From positions 32,001 through 96,000 of the forward strand of contig JBBDRF010000012.1 in the NCBI GenBank assembly GCA_040905565.1: a stretch of 64,000 bases of DNA, written 5' to 3'. This DNA is from Phycisphaeraceae bacterium (GTDB taxonomy: Bacteria; Planctomycetota; Phycisphaerae; Phycisphaerales; Zrk34). Made by a program: the position numbers and the translations under genes. Below, piece by piece: positions 1 to 9,783 of the stretch (within the stretch, counting starts at the first letter, position 1; each line of letters opens with the position of its first letter). Under the pieces are notes generated by a model that was not told the DNA's origin, searched no databases, and was given only the letters and a program-made list of their open reading frames with translations.

Positions 1-258
1 GGTGGCCCGTCTGGCGTGTCAGTGGTTTGCCGAGCACTTGGGCGATCCAAGCCGACCATGTCCGTGAAGAAGTGGCCCGTCGGGTGCGAGTTGACAGCTC
101 CGGGCGTTGGAATTGTCATAAGTCCATATCCCTGCTTTGGCGTCTTGGGGATTTGGTTTATAAACCTCATGTGGTATAGCACTAGCGTAAATGCAAATCT
201 TGTCGTGCATTGTCGTAATTCGTGTTGCAACGGCAGGGTCGCGTGATATGCTGTGTTC

Positions 259-1395
259 ATGGCAACACAAGAAAGTCAGGTCATCCCGGTCTCGAACGCC
301 CAGCGACTGGCGAACATGATCGAGTCGGATATCCGTAGGCGTGCGTTGGTGCCGGGCGATGCCTATCTGCCGGCCGAGGATGTGGCCCGCATGCTGAACG
401 TCACCCCCCGCACCGCCAACCGTGCGATGCAGCTGCTGGCGCAGGATGGGGTGTTGGATCGGCGGCGAGGGGTCGGCACGTTCATCGGCGAGCATGTGAA
501 GCAGGGCGAACCGGTCCAACTGCGATGTGTGCATGTGCTCATCACGATGCAGCGGCTGCGGACGGGTTTCGTGGCCGACGATCTGCTGGCGGGACTATCG
601 CAGGAACTGGGGTGCGATATCCAGTTCAATCTGGTGCCGGCTGAGCAGCCGCTTGAGTATGTCCGGCGGGTGATCGACGAGAATTCGGGGGACGGCCGGA
701 TGGTCGGCACGGTGCTGGTGGGATGTCCACGCCTGGTCCAGGAATTTGTTGGCGAGTCGGGCGTGCCGGCCGTCGTGTTCGGCAGTGTCTACCCCGGCTC
801 CGAGCGGCTGCCTTCGATCGATCTTGACCATTTCGATCTCGGTCGGCAGATGGCGCGGCGGCTGCTGGAGCGCGGTCATGAACGACTGGTTCTGTTGACG
901 CGTGAGAGTTGGCTGCGTGGCGACAATCTGCTGCTGGACGGCATCAATGCGGAGATGGCGGAGCGGGGGATGCGGCAAGGATCGCTGATCGTGCGGAGTG
1001 TGCCGCCGGATCACGAAGCGGCTTCGCAGGAGGTGGCGAGGCTGATGCGTGACGAACCGGGCGCGACGGGGTGGATGATCCGCGGACGGACCAACACAGA
1101 AGCAGCGCTGGCGACGTGGCGACGGGCGGGCGTGGTGCTTGGCCGGGATATTGAATTGGTCAGCGACACCGACGGTGCGATCACGCAGCCGAGCCGGGGC
1201 CACAGTGTGATGGTCACGCAGTTGACGTACCGAGAGCGCGCGATTCAGGCGGGGCGTCTGTTGGCGGAGCGCGATCAGGGGGCGGGGCCGCGACACATCG
1301 GCATCGCCGTCGAGCTTCAGGAGGTGGATTCAGAGATACCGTTCGGCGGGCACGAAGGCCCCAGCGGCTCCTCGCTTGAAGCTCCATCGGGCTGA
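259..1395 (+). CDS. GntR-family transcriptional regulator with LacI/periplasmic-binding-protein-like effector domain
   Basis: N-terminal winged HTH (PGDAYLPAEDVARMLNVTPRTANRAMQLLAQDGVLDRRRGVGTFI) followed by a sugar-binding-like domain (PSIDLDHFDLGRQMARRLLERGHERL). ATG at 259 chosen. Lies directly upstream of the nan genes. Confidence 0.85.
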   Translation: MATQESQVIPVSNAQRLANMIESDIRRRALVPGDAYLPAEDVARMLNVTPRTANRAMQLLAQDGVLDRRRGVGTFIGEHVKQGEPVQLRCVHVLITMQRLRTGFVADDLLAGLSQELGCDIQFNLVPAEQPLEYVRRVIDENSGDGRMVGTVLVGCPRLVQEFVGESGVPAVVFGSVYPGSERLPSIDLDHFDLGRQMARRLLERGHERLVLLTRESWLRGDNLLLDGINAEMAERGMRQGSLIVRSVPPDHEAASQEVARLMRDEPGATGWMIRGRTNTEAALATWRRAGVVLGRDIELVSDTDGAITQPSRGHSVMVTQLTYRERAIQAGRLLAERDQGAGPRHIGIAVELQEVDSEIPFGGHEGPSGSSLEAPSG

Positions 1396-1455
1396 TTGGC
1401 TTCTGCATCCCGCGGTCGAAGTAACGAGTTAGCTAATTATAGTCAAGGATTTTGC

Positions 1456-2391
1456 ATGCAGAACTTGAGTTTGAAGGGGCTGATTGCAGCCACCTATACG
1501 CCGATGCACGCCGACGGTCGGCTGAATCTTCCGATGATCGAGACGATGGTCGAGCGGCTGATTGCCGACGGCGTGGACGGGTTCTACATCTGCGGCAGCA
1601 CGGGCGAAGGAATGTCGCTCTCCAGCAGCGAACGCCGCGACGTCGCCGAGGCCTACGTGGGAGCAGCCGCCAAGCGCGTGCCTGTCGTCGTGCAGGTCGG
1701 GCATAACGCCGTTACCGAAGCGCAGGAACTCGCCGCCCACGCTCAGCAAATCGGGGCGACAGCCATCTCCGCCAATGCTCCTTCCTACTTCAAAGTGCAG
1801 TCCGCGGACATGCTGGCGCGCTGTATGGCCGAGATCGCTTCGGGCGCACCCGACCTGCCGTTTTACTACTACCACATCCCCGCACTCACCGGCGTCAGTG
1901 TCGACATGCTCGACTACCTCGACCGCGCCGCCGCGTCGACGCCGACCTTTGCGGGCGTGAAGTACACCATGCCGACGCTCGACGAATATCAGGAGTTGAT
2001 GGCGTGGGACGACGGCCGCCTCGACGTTCTGTGGGGCTGCGATGAAATGCTGCTGCCCGCGCTGGCGGTCGGTTCGCAGGGAGCTGTCGGCAGCACGTAC
2101 AACCTGTTCTCCCCGATCTACCGCCAGGTGCTGGCCGCCTTCGAAGCGGGCGATCTGGTCACGGCCCGCGCGGCACAAGGGAAGGCGATTCAGGTGATCC
2201 GCACCATCAAGCGATTCCCCTTCCACTCGGCGATGAAGCAGATTTTCACGATGCGTGGCATCGACTGCGGCCCTTGCCGCTTGCCCCAGCCGGCGCTCAG
2301 CAGCGACGATGTCCGCGACCTGCGGGCCGCACTTGAAGCGCTGGGACTGCTCGAAAACGCCACGGTCTCCGCGTCCACCTCCCAGGAGTAA
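1456..2391 (+). CDS. nanA: N-acetylneuraminate lyase (DapA/NanA family)
   Basis: GSTGE motif, YYYHIP, Schiff-base Lys in GVKYT, GSTYN. AAGGA RBS before ATG 1456. Sialic-acid gene context. Confidence 0.85.
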   Translation: MQNLSLKGLIAATYTPMHADGRLNLPMIETMVERLIADGVDGFYICGSTGEGMSLSSSERRDVAEAYVGAAAKRVPVVVQVGHNAVTEAQELAAHAQQIGATAISANAPSYFKVQSADMLARCMAEIASGAPDLPFYYYHIPALTGVSVDMLDYLDRAAASTPTFAGVKYTMPTLDEYQELMAWDDGRLDVLWGCDEMLLPALAVGSQGAVGSTYNLFSPIYRQVLAAFEAGDLVTARAAQGKAIQVIRTIKRFPFHSAMKQIFTMRGIDCGPCRLPQPALSSDDVRDLRAALEALGLLENATVSASTSQE

Positions 2392-2397
2392 GCGAAC

Positions 2398-5097
2398 GTG
2401 ATACCTCGCCTTTTGACTCAGACGGTTTGCGCGCTCGCATTGGTGATGGTGGCGGTGACGCCTGTCTTCGCTGAGTCGGTCAGTCGGACGGAGCATGATC
2501 TGCTGAAGTGGACGGCCCTGCCGGACCTGCCCAATGAGCGGGGCGTCGCGGGGGCGATGGTAGGCACCCACAACGGCGCACTCATCGTGGCTGGGGGCGC
2601 GAACTTCCCCGACCCGATCTGGGAAACCGACAAGGTCTGGCACGATGATGTCTGGGTGCTGACCCACGACGACGGCCGGGAACTGGTGTGGCTGGGGCCG
2701 TTTGAGCTTGATCGTCCGGTCGCTTATGGCGCGACAGTCAGCGTCGAGGATGGGGTGGTATGCCTCGGCGGCGACGACGGCGAAAAGACCTTCGCCGACG
2801 CGTTCATGCTCTCATGGGACGATGAAACCAACGAGCTTCACCAGACCCCGCTGCCGAGCATGCCTGCGCCCGCCGCCTACGGCAGCGCGACCGTCATCGG
2901 CTCAACCGTCTACTTCGCCGGCGGCCTGCGCGACGAAGACCTTGAACAGACGATGAGTAACTTCTGGCGGCTCGATCTTTCCAAGCAGGAGGAGGAAGAC
3001 TTCGGCTGGGAGGTGCTGCCGAGTTGGCCGGGCCCGAGCCGGGCGTTCAACCTGACGGTGGCGCAGCACAACGGTTTCGATGATTGTGTCTACGTGATCA
3101 GCGGGCGGCGCGCGAATGATGCCGACGAAGTCGCCGACGTGACGGGGTTCGTGGCGAACGACGATATCTTCGTGCTGCACGACGTGTATGAGTTCAATCC
3201 GAGGAAGTTTGGCGATGCCGGGGCTGATGCCCAGCCGGGTGATGGCTGGCGTCAGCGGGCGGATGTGCCATGGGGCGTGATGGCCGGCACGGCTGCAGCG
3301 GTGGGGCAGTCGCACGTGTTCGTGCTTGGCGGTGCCGACGGCACGTTGATCAAAGACGCAGCGGAACTGGGCGATGACCACCCCGGTTTTCGGCGCGACG
3401 TGCTGAGCTACCACACCATTACCGATACCTGGATCATCGCCGGCGAAATGCCCGCCAATCAGGTGACGACCGAAGCGGCGCCGTGGGGCGACGGATTCGT
3501 CGTCACTTCAGGCGAAGTGCGGCCGCGCCACCGAACGCCCGCCGTCTGGCTGGTCGAGCCGGACGAGACGCCGCTTGGCTTCGGCGCGATCGACTTCACC
3601 GTGCTCGTCGCGTACCTGCTGGCGATGGTCGGCGTGGGCGTCTACTTCGCACGCAAAAACCAGAACACCGACGACTACTTCCGCAGCGGCCAGCGCACGC
3701 TCTGGTGGGTGGCCGGCTGTTCGATCTTCGCGACCATGCTCAGCTCCATCACCTACATGGCCATTCCCGCCAAGGCGTTCGCGCAGGATATCGTGTGGCT
3801 GGTGGGCAACATGATGATCCTCGTCGTGGCCCCGTTGGCGATCTTCGTGGCCCTGCCGTTCTTTCGGCGGATCGACGCGACCAGCGCCTACGAGTATCTC
3901 CAGAAGCGTTTCAACATGCCCGTTCGGCTGTTCGCCAGCGGCCTGTTCACCCTGTTCCACCTCTTCCGCATGGGCATCGTGATGGCCTTGGCGGCACTGG
4001 CGTTGGCGACCATCACGCCGCTCAGCGCCCCGCAGTGCGTGCTGGTGATGGGCCTGCTCAGCGTCGTCTACTGCACGCTCGGCGGCGTCTCCGCAGTCAT
4101 GTGGACCGACACCATCCAGACCTTCGTGTTGCTCGGCGGCGGCATCCTCTGCCTTATCCTCGCCGTTCGCGGCGCGCAGGGCGGCCTCGGCGAAGTGTGG
4201 CAAACTGCCTCCGCTGACGACAAGTTGCACCTGTTCAACATCGGCTGGGATGCCACCAGCACGTCGCTTGTGCTATGGGTCGTCGTCCTCGGCGCGATCG
4301 GGCAGAACGTCGCCTCGTACACCTCCGATCAGGCCGTCGTCCAGCGCTACATGACCACGCCCGACAGCAAGCTTGCTGCCAAGTCCATCTGGGCCGCCGC
4401 CATCATCGCCATCCCCGCCTCGTTCCTGTTCTACTTCATGGGCACCGCGCTTTACGTCTTCTACAAATCCAACCCGCAGAAGTTGGATCCGACCTTCATG
4501 ACCGATCAGATTCTGCCCCTGTTCATCGCCCACGAATTGCCCGTCGGCATCGCGGGGCTCATCGTGGCGGGCATTTTCGCCGCGGCGCAATCCACCATCT
4601 CCACCAGCATGAACTCCACAGCGACGACGGTCGTGACGGACTTCATGCGGCCGTTCAAGCTCGTCGATTCCGAACGCGGCTACCTCAACGCAGCCCGAGC
4701 GCTCACGCTCGGCTTCGGCATCGGCGGGACGGCACTCGGCCTGCTGTTCGTTGATCCGGATAACCGCTCGTTGTTCGGATCGTTCATCACGGTCATCGGC
4801 TTCTTCATGGGCGTGCTCGGCGGGCTGTTCATGCTCGGCATGCTCACCCAACGCGCCACCGCCAGGGGCGCGGTGTATGGCGCACTGATCGGCACCTCCG
4901 TGGTCGTGAGCGTCTGGTGGTTTACCGACATCGCAGGCTACCTCTACGCCGCTATCGGCATCGGCGTGTGCTTCGTTGTCGGCTACCTCGCAAGCCTGTT
5001 TGAGCCATCGCGGAAATCACTCGATGGGCTGACGATCTACACCGTGTTACCTAAGCAGGAGTCCGAGGCATGGGTCCCGACCGGCTCGCCGAACTGA
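2398..5097 (+). CDS. Fusion of a Kelch-repeat NanM-like mutarotase domain and a sodium:solute symporter (SiaT-like)
   Basis: Signal peptide; Kelch blades (VAGGANFP, CLGG, FAGG, VLGG, SGEVRPRHRT); then SSS motifs (SIFATMLSSITYMAIPAKAF, SAYEYLQKRF, DQAVVQRY, AAAQSTISTSMNS). Confidence 0.88.
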   Translation: MIPRLLTQTVCALALVMVAVTPVFAESVSRTEHDLLKWTALPDLPNERGVAGAMVGTHNGALIVAGGANFPDPIWETDKVWHDDVWVLTHDDGRELVWLGPFELDRPVAYGATVSVEDGVVCLGGDDGEKTFADAFMLSWDDETNELHQTPLPSMPAPAAYGSATVIGSTVYFAGGLRDEDLEQTMSNFWRLDLSKQEEEDFGWEVLPSWPGPSRAFNLTVAQHNGFDDCVYVISGRRANDADEVADVTGFVANDDIFVLHDVYEFNPRKFGDAGADAQPGDGWRQRADVPWGVMAGTAAAVGQSHVFVLGGADGTLIKDAAELGDDHPGFRRDVLSYHTITDTWIIAGEMPANQVTTEAAPWGDGFVVTSGEVRPRHRTPAVWLVEPDETPLGFGAIDFTVLVAYLLAMVGVGVYFARKNQNTDDYFRSGQRTLWWVAGCSIFATMLSSITYMAIPAKAFAQDIVWLVGNMMILVVAPLAIFVALPFFRRIDATSAYEYLQKRFNMPVRLFASGLFTLFHLFRMGIVMALAALALATITPLSAPQCVLVMGLLSVVYCTLGGVSAVMWTDTIQTFVLLGGGILCLILAVRGAQGGLGEVWQTASADDKLHLFNIGWDATSTSLVLWVVVLGAIGQNVASYTSDQAVVQRYMTTPDSKLAAKSIWAAAIIAIPASFLFYFMGTALYVFYKSNPQKLDPTFMTDQILPLFIAHELPVGIAGLIVAGIFAAAQSTISTSMNSTATTVVTDFMRPFKLVDSERGYLNAARALTLGFGIGGTALGLLFVDPDNRSLFGSFITVIGFFMGVLGGLFMLGMLTQRATARGAVYGALIGTSVVVSVWWFTDIAGYLYAAIGIGVCFVVGYLASLFEPSRKSLDGLTIYTVLPKQESEAWVPTGSPN

Positions 5098-6242
5098 GAA
5101 ACATCTACCGCGACGGCCTGCTCAACGACACGCTGGCGTTCTGGTTTCCCCGCTGCGTCGACGAGAAACACGGCGGCTACTTCACAGCACTCGACCGTGA
5201 CGGCACGCTGATCGATGACGACAAAAGCGTCTGGGTGCAGGGCCGGGCCGCCTGGCTGCTGGGGACGCTTTACAACATTGTTGAGCCGCGTGAGCAGTGG
5301 TTGGATTGGGCCCGCAGCGGTATCGAATTTCTCGATCGCCACTGCTTCGATCCCGCCGACGGCCGCATGTGGTTCCACGTCACGCGCGACGGCAGGCCGA
5401 TCCGCAAGCGCCGTTACGCGTTCAGCGAATCCTTCGCCGCCATCGCCTACGGCGAATACGCCCGCGCCACCGGAAGTGACGAATATGCCGAGAAAGCCCG
5501 CCGCTGCTTCGATGCGTTCGTGACACATCAGGGCGAGCCGAAGTTCACCGACGTTCGGCCGATGCAGGGGTTGGGGCACCCGATGATCGCCATCGTCACG
5601 GCGCAGGAGCTGCGCGATTCCATCGGCTTGGCTGATGCGGACGCATGGATCGACCGCAGCATCGAAACCATTAAGCGCGATCACATGAAACCCGACCTGC
5701 AGGCGGTGATGGAAACGGTCGGGCTCGGAGGCGAGGTGCTTGACCACTTCGACGGCCGAACGCTGAATCCCGGTCACGCCATCGAAGCGGCCTGGTTTAT
5801 CATGCGGGAAGGGCAGCGGCGCAATGACAGCCAACTTATCAAGACGGGCCTGACGATTCTCGACTGGATGTGGGAACGCGGCTGGGATCGCGAGCACGGC
5901 GGGCTGCTCTACTTTGTCGACGTCTTCAATAAGCCCGTGCAGGAATACTGGCACGATATGAAATTCTGGTGGCCTCAGAACGAAGCAATCATCGCGACGC
6001 TGATGGCCCACCAGATCACCGGCGAGCAGCGCTACGCCGACTGGCATCGGCAGGCGCACGACTGGGCCTACAAGCATTTCGCCGATGCGGAGTACGGCGA
6101 GTGGTTCGGCTATCTGCACCGCGACGGAACACCATCGTCGACGTTGAAGGGGAACATGTGGAAGGGGCCGTTCCACCTGCCGCGCATGCAGTTGACGTGC
6201 ATGCGACTGCTTACACCTGATGGTCAGCAAGTCGGCAGTTGA
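5070..6242 (+). CDS. N-acylglucosamine 2-epimerase (AGE family)
   Basis: KSVWVQGR, NPGHAIEAAWF, KFWWPQNE, KGNMWKGPFHLPR. Start overlaps the symporter 3' end by 28 nt. Confidence 0.9.
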   Translation: MGPDRLAELRNIYRDGLLNDTLAFWFPRCVDEKHGGYFTALDRDGTLIDDDKSVWVQGRAAWLLGTLYNIVEPREQWLDWARSGIEFLDRHCFDPADGRMWFHVTRDGRPIRKRRYAFSESFAAIAYGEYARATGSDEYAEKARRCFDAFVTHQGEPKFTDVRPMQGLGHPMIAIVTAQELRDSIGLADADAWIDRSIETIKRDHMKPDLQAVMETVGLGGEVLDHFDGRTLNPGHAIEAAWFIMREGQRRNDSQLIKTGLTILDWMWERGWDREHGGLLYFVDVFNKPVQEYWHDMKFWWPQNEAIIATLMAHQITGEQRYADWHRQAHDWAYKHFADAEYGEWFGYLHRDGTPSSTLKGNMWKGPFHLPRMQLTCMRLLTPDGQQVGS

Positions 6243-6305
6243 GGGGGAACATCACGATAACTTTCGCGGGTGCCCCGGCCAGCGAACGAAGTGAGACGGC
6301 CGGGT

Positions 6306-8951
6306 TCACGAACTGCGGCCGGCCTGAAGCAGGCGTAGGGGATCGGTCCGACCCACGAGCAGAGCGGGGATGACGCTGGCGACGAGGGTGACGGCGAGCG
6401 TGATGCCGACGCCCACCATCAGCGGGCGGACGGGGACGACGAGCGGTGGCGCGTAACCGGCGAGGTGGCCGCCCATGATCAAACCGACGTGAGCGAGGAT
6501 GAGCCCGGCTGCGACGCCGAGCGCCGAAGCGATCAACCCGATGAGGACCGCTTCGGTGATGACCAGGCGGATGAGCCCCGCGCGCGTGAGGCCAACACAT
6601 CGGAACACACCAAGTTGCCAACGGCGTGCGCGGACGGAGGCCATGATGGTGTTGAGCACGCCGAGCGAAGCGACGGCGAGTGCTGCCAGCGCGACGGCGG
6701 AAAGCATATCCACCAGGCGAAACAGCGCCTCGTCGACGCCTTCTTTGAGTTCTCGCGTGTCGGCGGCAAGGAGGCCGAAGCGTTCGCCGGCAGCCTCTCG
6801 AACATCGCGGACAATGGCTTCCTTGTCGCGGGCGCTGTCGAGGTTGGCCATGAACAGGTGGATGCGGGGGATGCCGAAGTCGCGGCGGACGTTGTCGATG
6901 CTGGTGATCATGGAGCCGACGGTCCAGCTCTCCATTTCACGTTGCAGATCGAACAGGCGGGCCGCACGGTCGGCGGCGAGAGAGCGCATCACGCCGACGA
7001 TCTCGTAATCGACCTCGCCGTGATTCGTCGTGTTGATGGGGATGGTGTCGCCGATGCTGAACTGCCTGAGGTTCTGGAATTCTTCGGTGATAACGACCGT
7101 GCGGCCGCCCTGCTTGAGCGCCCGGCGGGCGGTGGCGGGATCGCCGAGGAGGTAGTCGACGCCGATCATCGGTTCGCGTGGCGGATCGTCTGAACCGAGG
7201 GCGCGGTCGATGTTAACACCGAACATCATGGTGGCGTTGGGCCGCTGCATGGCACCGAAGAGGGCGATGACATCGGTGCCGAGTTCGGGCGAGACGAGGG
7301 CGACGGGAAGGAGCGATCCTTCGCGGATGCCGGGGACGTCGTTGATGCGCTCGAGGTTGTCCGGGGCGATGCCGAGCGGCGAGAAGAGGATCATGTCGGG
7401 GAACTGATCGGGCAGTTGCCAGTCGGCGATGAGCGATCGGCCGTGCGCCTGAATGGCGACGAACGTGGCGAGCCCGACGCTTAGCGCAGCGACGGTGCCG
7501 GCGGTGCGCCAGAGTCCGCTGCTGAGTTGCTGTCGAAGCAGGTCGCTTCTAACGGCGAAGAGTCTGGCGACCAGAGGCGTGAACAGCGGCTCGATCAGGC
7601 GGATGCAGGCGGGCGTGATGAGGAACAGCCCGAGCAGGAGGGTGGGCAAGCCGAGACCGAGGTGGAGGTAGAGGCGCACGTTCTGTTCGATGCCGGGCGT
7701 GAGGACGATGGCGTATTCGACCGCGACGAGGGCGAGGCCGAGCAGTGCGAACACGAGCGTCATCCCTCGGCGAGGCGGGCGGCCCTGCGCGGTCATCGCC
7801 TGGAGCGGATCGATGCGCGTCGCGGTGATCGCCGGAAGCAGGCTCGCCAGCAGTGCAGCAAGCAACGCGCCGCCGACGCCGAAGATTACGCCGCCGGCGT
7901 TCAGTACACCCCCCGCGAGGAAGAGATCGGGGTATCGCCCGGCCAGCAGGGCAATCCAAAGCCAGCCGAGCAGCACGCCGAGGGCCGCCCCGATCACTGC
8001 GATCACCAGGCCTTCGATCAGCACGAGTGCTGCGATCTGGGGTTTCACCGCACCGATCGCGCGCAGCATCGCCAGCACACGTGAGCGTTCGGCGACGCCC
8101 ATCGAAAGTGTGGAGAAGATGATGAAGGCAGCGGCAAGCATCGCGATCGCGCCGCCGGCGTAGCTGAGCACCTCCATGCCGACAATGCCCTGATCGAACA
8201 TCTGCTTGTGCCCGGCTTCGGTGCGCACGCTCAACTCCGTACCGGCCAGATCGCTGCGGCCTTGCCACCGCTCAGCGAATGCCTCCACATCCTCGTCTGG
8301 TTGCAGCACGACCTCGATGCGATTCACCGCGGCGTCGTAACCGGCCCATTCCTGGAGCACGTGCAGAGGGAGATAGATCGCGGGCGGTTCCATCCACAGT
8401 GCTTCCGGCCGGGTGAGGATGCCGACGACTTCGATCGCAAGCGGATCTCCATCTGCAACGGGGAGGGCGATAGTCGAGCCGATCTCCAGGTCCAGCCGTT
8501 GGGCCACACCGTCACCGATGACAGCGACCGCTTGCCGTTCGCCTTCGGGGAACCATTCGCCCTCGGCTAGCTCCCGCCGCCCGACATCATGAGCAGCCGG
8601 ATCACCCAGCCCGCGCAGCCGAACGGGCCAGGGCGAGGCGGTGCCGCCCTCCTCGTCAATCAGAAGGGAAGAAGTCGAAAGCAGGGGCCGAATCTCACGA
8701 ACGCGCGCGTCATCCTGCATCGCCCGAACGTAAGGATCGGCGATCACATCGGACGAATCATCAGGCGTGACCACCACGTCCACGGCACTGTAGAAATCGT
8801 CGAGCAGGTGGTAGGCGACCGCGTGCAGCGAAGTGAACGCACTGGTCATGGCGACAACGAGGCTGACCGCAGCGGCCATCGCGCCGACCGTCAGCGCCAC
8901 CCGCATACGCGTCTGCTTCAGATTCGCTAGCGAAAGTCGAAATATGACCAT
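6306..8951 (-). CDS. ABC transporter permease (FtsX/MacB-like, duplicated)
   Basis: Two permease modules (ERSRVLAMLRAIGA; RARRWQLGVFRCVG) with large periplasmic loops; adjacent to the ATPase gene. Confidence 0.85.
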   Translation of the reverse strand: MVIFRLSLANLKQTRMRVALTVGAMAAAVSLVVAMTSAFTSLHAVAYHLLDDFYSAVDVVVTPDDSSDVIADPYVRAMQDDARVREIRPLLSTSSLLIDEEGGTASPWPVRLRGLGDPAAHDVGRRELAEGEWFPEGERQAVAVIGDGVAQRLDLEIGSTIALPVADGDPLAIEVVGILTRPEALWMEPPAIYLPLHVLQEWAGYDAAVNRIEVVLQPDEDVEAFAERWQGRSDLAGTELSVRTEAGHKQMFDQGIVGMEVLSYAGGAIAMLAAAFIIFSTLSMGVAERSRVLAMLRAIGAVKPQIAALVLIEGLVIAVIGAALGVLLGWLWIALLAGRYPDLFLAGGVLNAGGVIFGVGGALLAALLASLLPAITATRIDPLQAMTAQGRPPRRGMTLVFALLGLALVAVEYAIVLTPGIEQNVRLYLHLGLGLPTLLLGLFLITPACIRLIEPLFTPLVARLFAVRSDLLRQQLSSGLWRTAGTVAALSVGLATFVAIQAHGRSLIADWQLPDQFPDMILFSPLGIAPDNLERINDVPGIREGSLLPVALVSPELGTDVIALFGAMQRPNATMMFGVNIDRALGSDDPPREPMIGVDYLLGDPATARRALKQGGRTVVITEEFQNLRQFSIGDTIPINTTNHGEVDYEIVGVMRSLAADRAARLFDLQREMESWTVGSMITSIDNVRRDFGIPRIHLFMANLDSARDKEAIVRDVREAAGERFGLLAADTRELKEGVDEALFRLVDMLSAVALAALAVASLGVLNTIMASVRARRWQLGVFRCVGLTRAGLIRLVITEAVLIGLIASALGVAAGLILAHVGLIMGGHLAGYAPPLVVPVRPLMVGVGITLAVTLVASVIPALLVGRTDPLRLLQAGRSS

Positions 8952-8988
8952 GGCGTTTTACAATCGCGTGGAGGGGAGACTGGGGGAA

Positions 8989-9744
8989 TCAAGGCGAGGC
9001 CGGGGCCGCCAACAGCGTCTGGTACAGGTTCGCCAGTTCGGCAGCATCTTTCATGTCGGCGATGGCTGCACGGTGACACAACTGCCCGTCACGGATGAAC
9101 ACCGCGTCGCGCGCGTACATACCCACCGACGGCTCATGGGTCACCAGCACGATGCTGACGCCTTCGGTCTCGTTGAGATCGCGTAGCAGACGACAGATGG
9201 CGATGGAGTTGGACGAATCGAGATTGCCTGTCGGTTCGTCAGCCAGGACGACGGCGGGACGTGTCACCAGCGCTCGGCCGATGGCAACGCGTTGCTGTTC
9301 GCCGCCGCTTAAGGCGTCGGGGCGGTGCGTGGCTCGGCGCTCGATGTTCAGCTTGTGAAGCATCTCGTCGACCCGCTCGCGGATCGTCGCTTCGCGCTCG
9401 CCGGCCAGGCGTAACGGCAGGGCGACGTTCTCGGCTGCGGTGAGGGTCGGGATCAGGTTGAAGCTTTGAAAGATCAGCCCGATCTGCTCGCGGCGGAAGT
9501 GCGTGAGCTTGCGATCACTTAACGCACTGAGCGCTTTGCCGAGCACGAGGACGCGGCCTTCGTCGGGGTGCGTCAGCCCGGCCATCAGGTGCAGCAGCGT
9601 GCTTTTGCCGGAACCGCTGGCGCCCATGATGGCGGTGAAGTCGCCTTCCTCAATGTTCAGGCTGAGGTGATCCAGCGCGACCACCGCCGTTTCGCCGGAA
9701 CCGAAACGCTTGACGACATTTTCAACCGAGACAGGCGTATTCAT
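8989..9744 (-). CDS. ABC transporter ATP-binding protein (LolD/MacB-like)
   Basis: Walker A GASGSGKST, signature LSGGEQQR, Walker B VLADEPTGNLD. Confidence 0.93.
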   Translation of the reverse strand: MNTPVSVENVVKRFGSGETAVVALDHLSLNIEEGDFTAIMGASGSGKSTLLHLMAGLTHPDEGRVLVLGKALSALSDRKLTHFRREQIGLIFQSFNLIPTLTAAENVALPLRLAGEREATIRERVDEMLHKLNIERRATHRPDALSGGEQQRVAIGRALVTRPAVVLADEPTGNLDSSNSIAICRLLRDLNETEGVSIVLVTHEPSVGMYARDAVFIRDGQLCHRAAIADMKDAAELANLYQTLLAAPASP

Positions 9745-9783
9745 AGGGCCATTGTAACGGGCGAATCTGCTGCGTCCTGTTGA

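Noticed and set aside
1..119. Divergent minus-strand gene starting at 119
   Set aside because: Only 39 codons are visible and they show no recognisable motif, so it is not listed as a feature.
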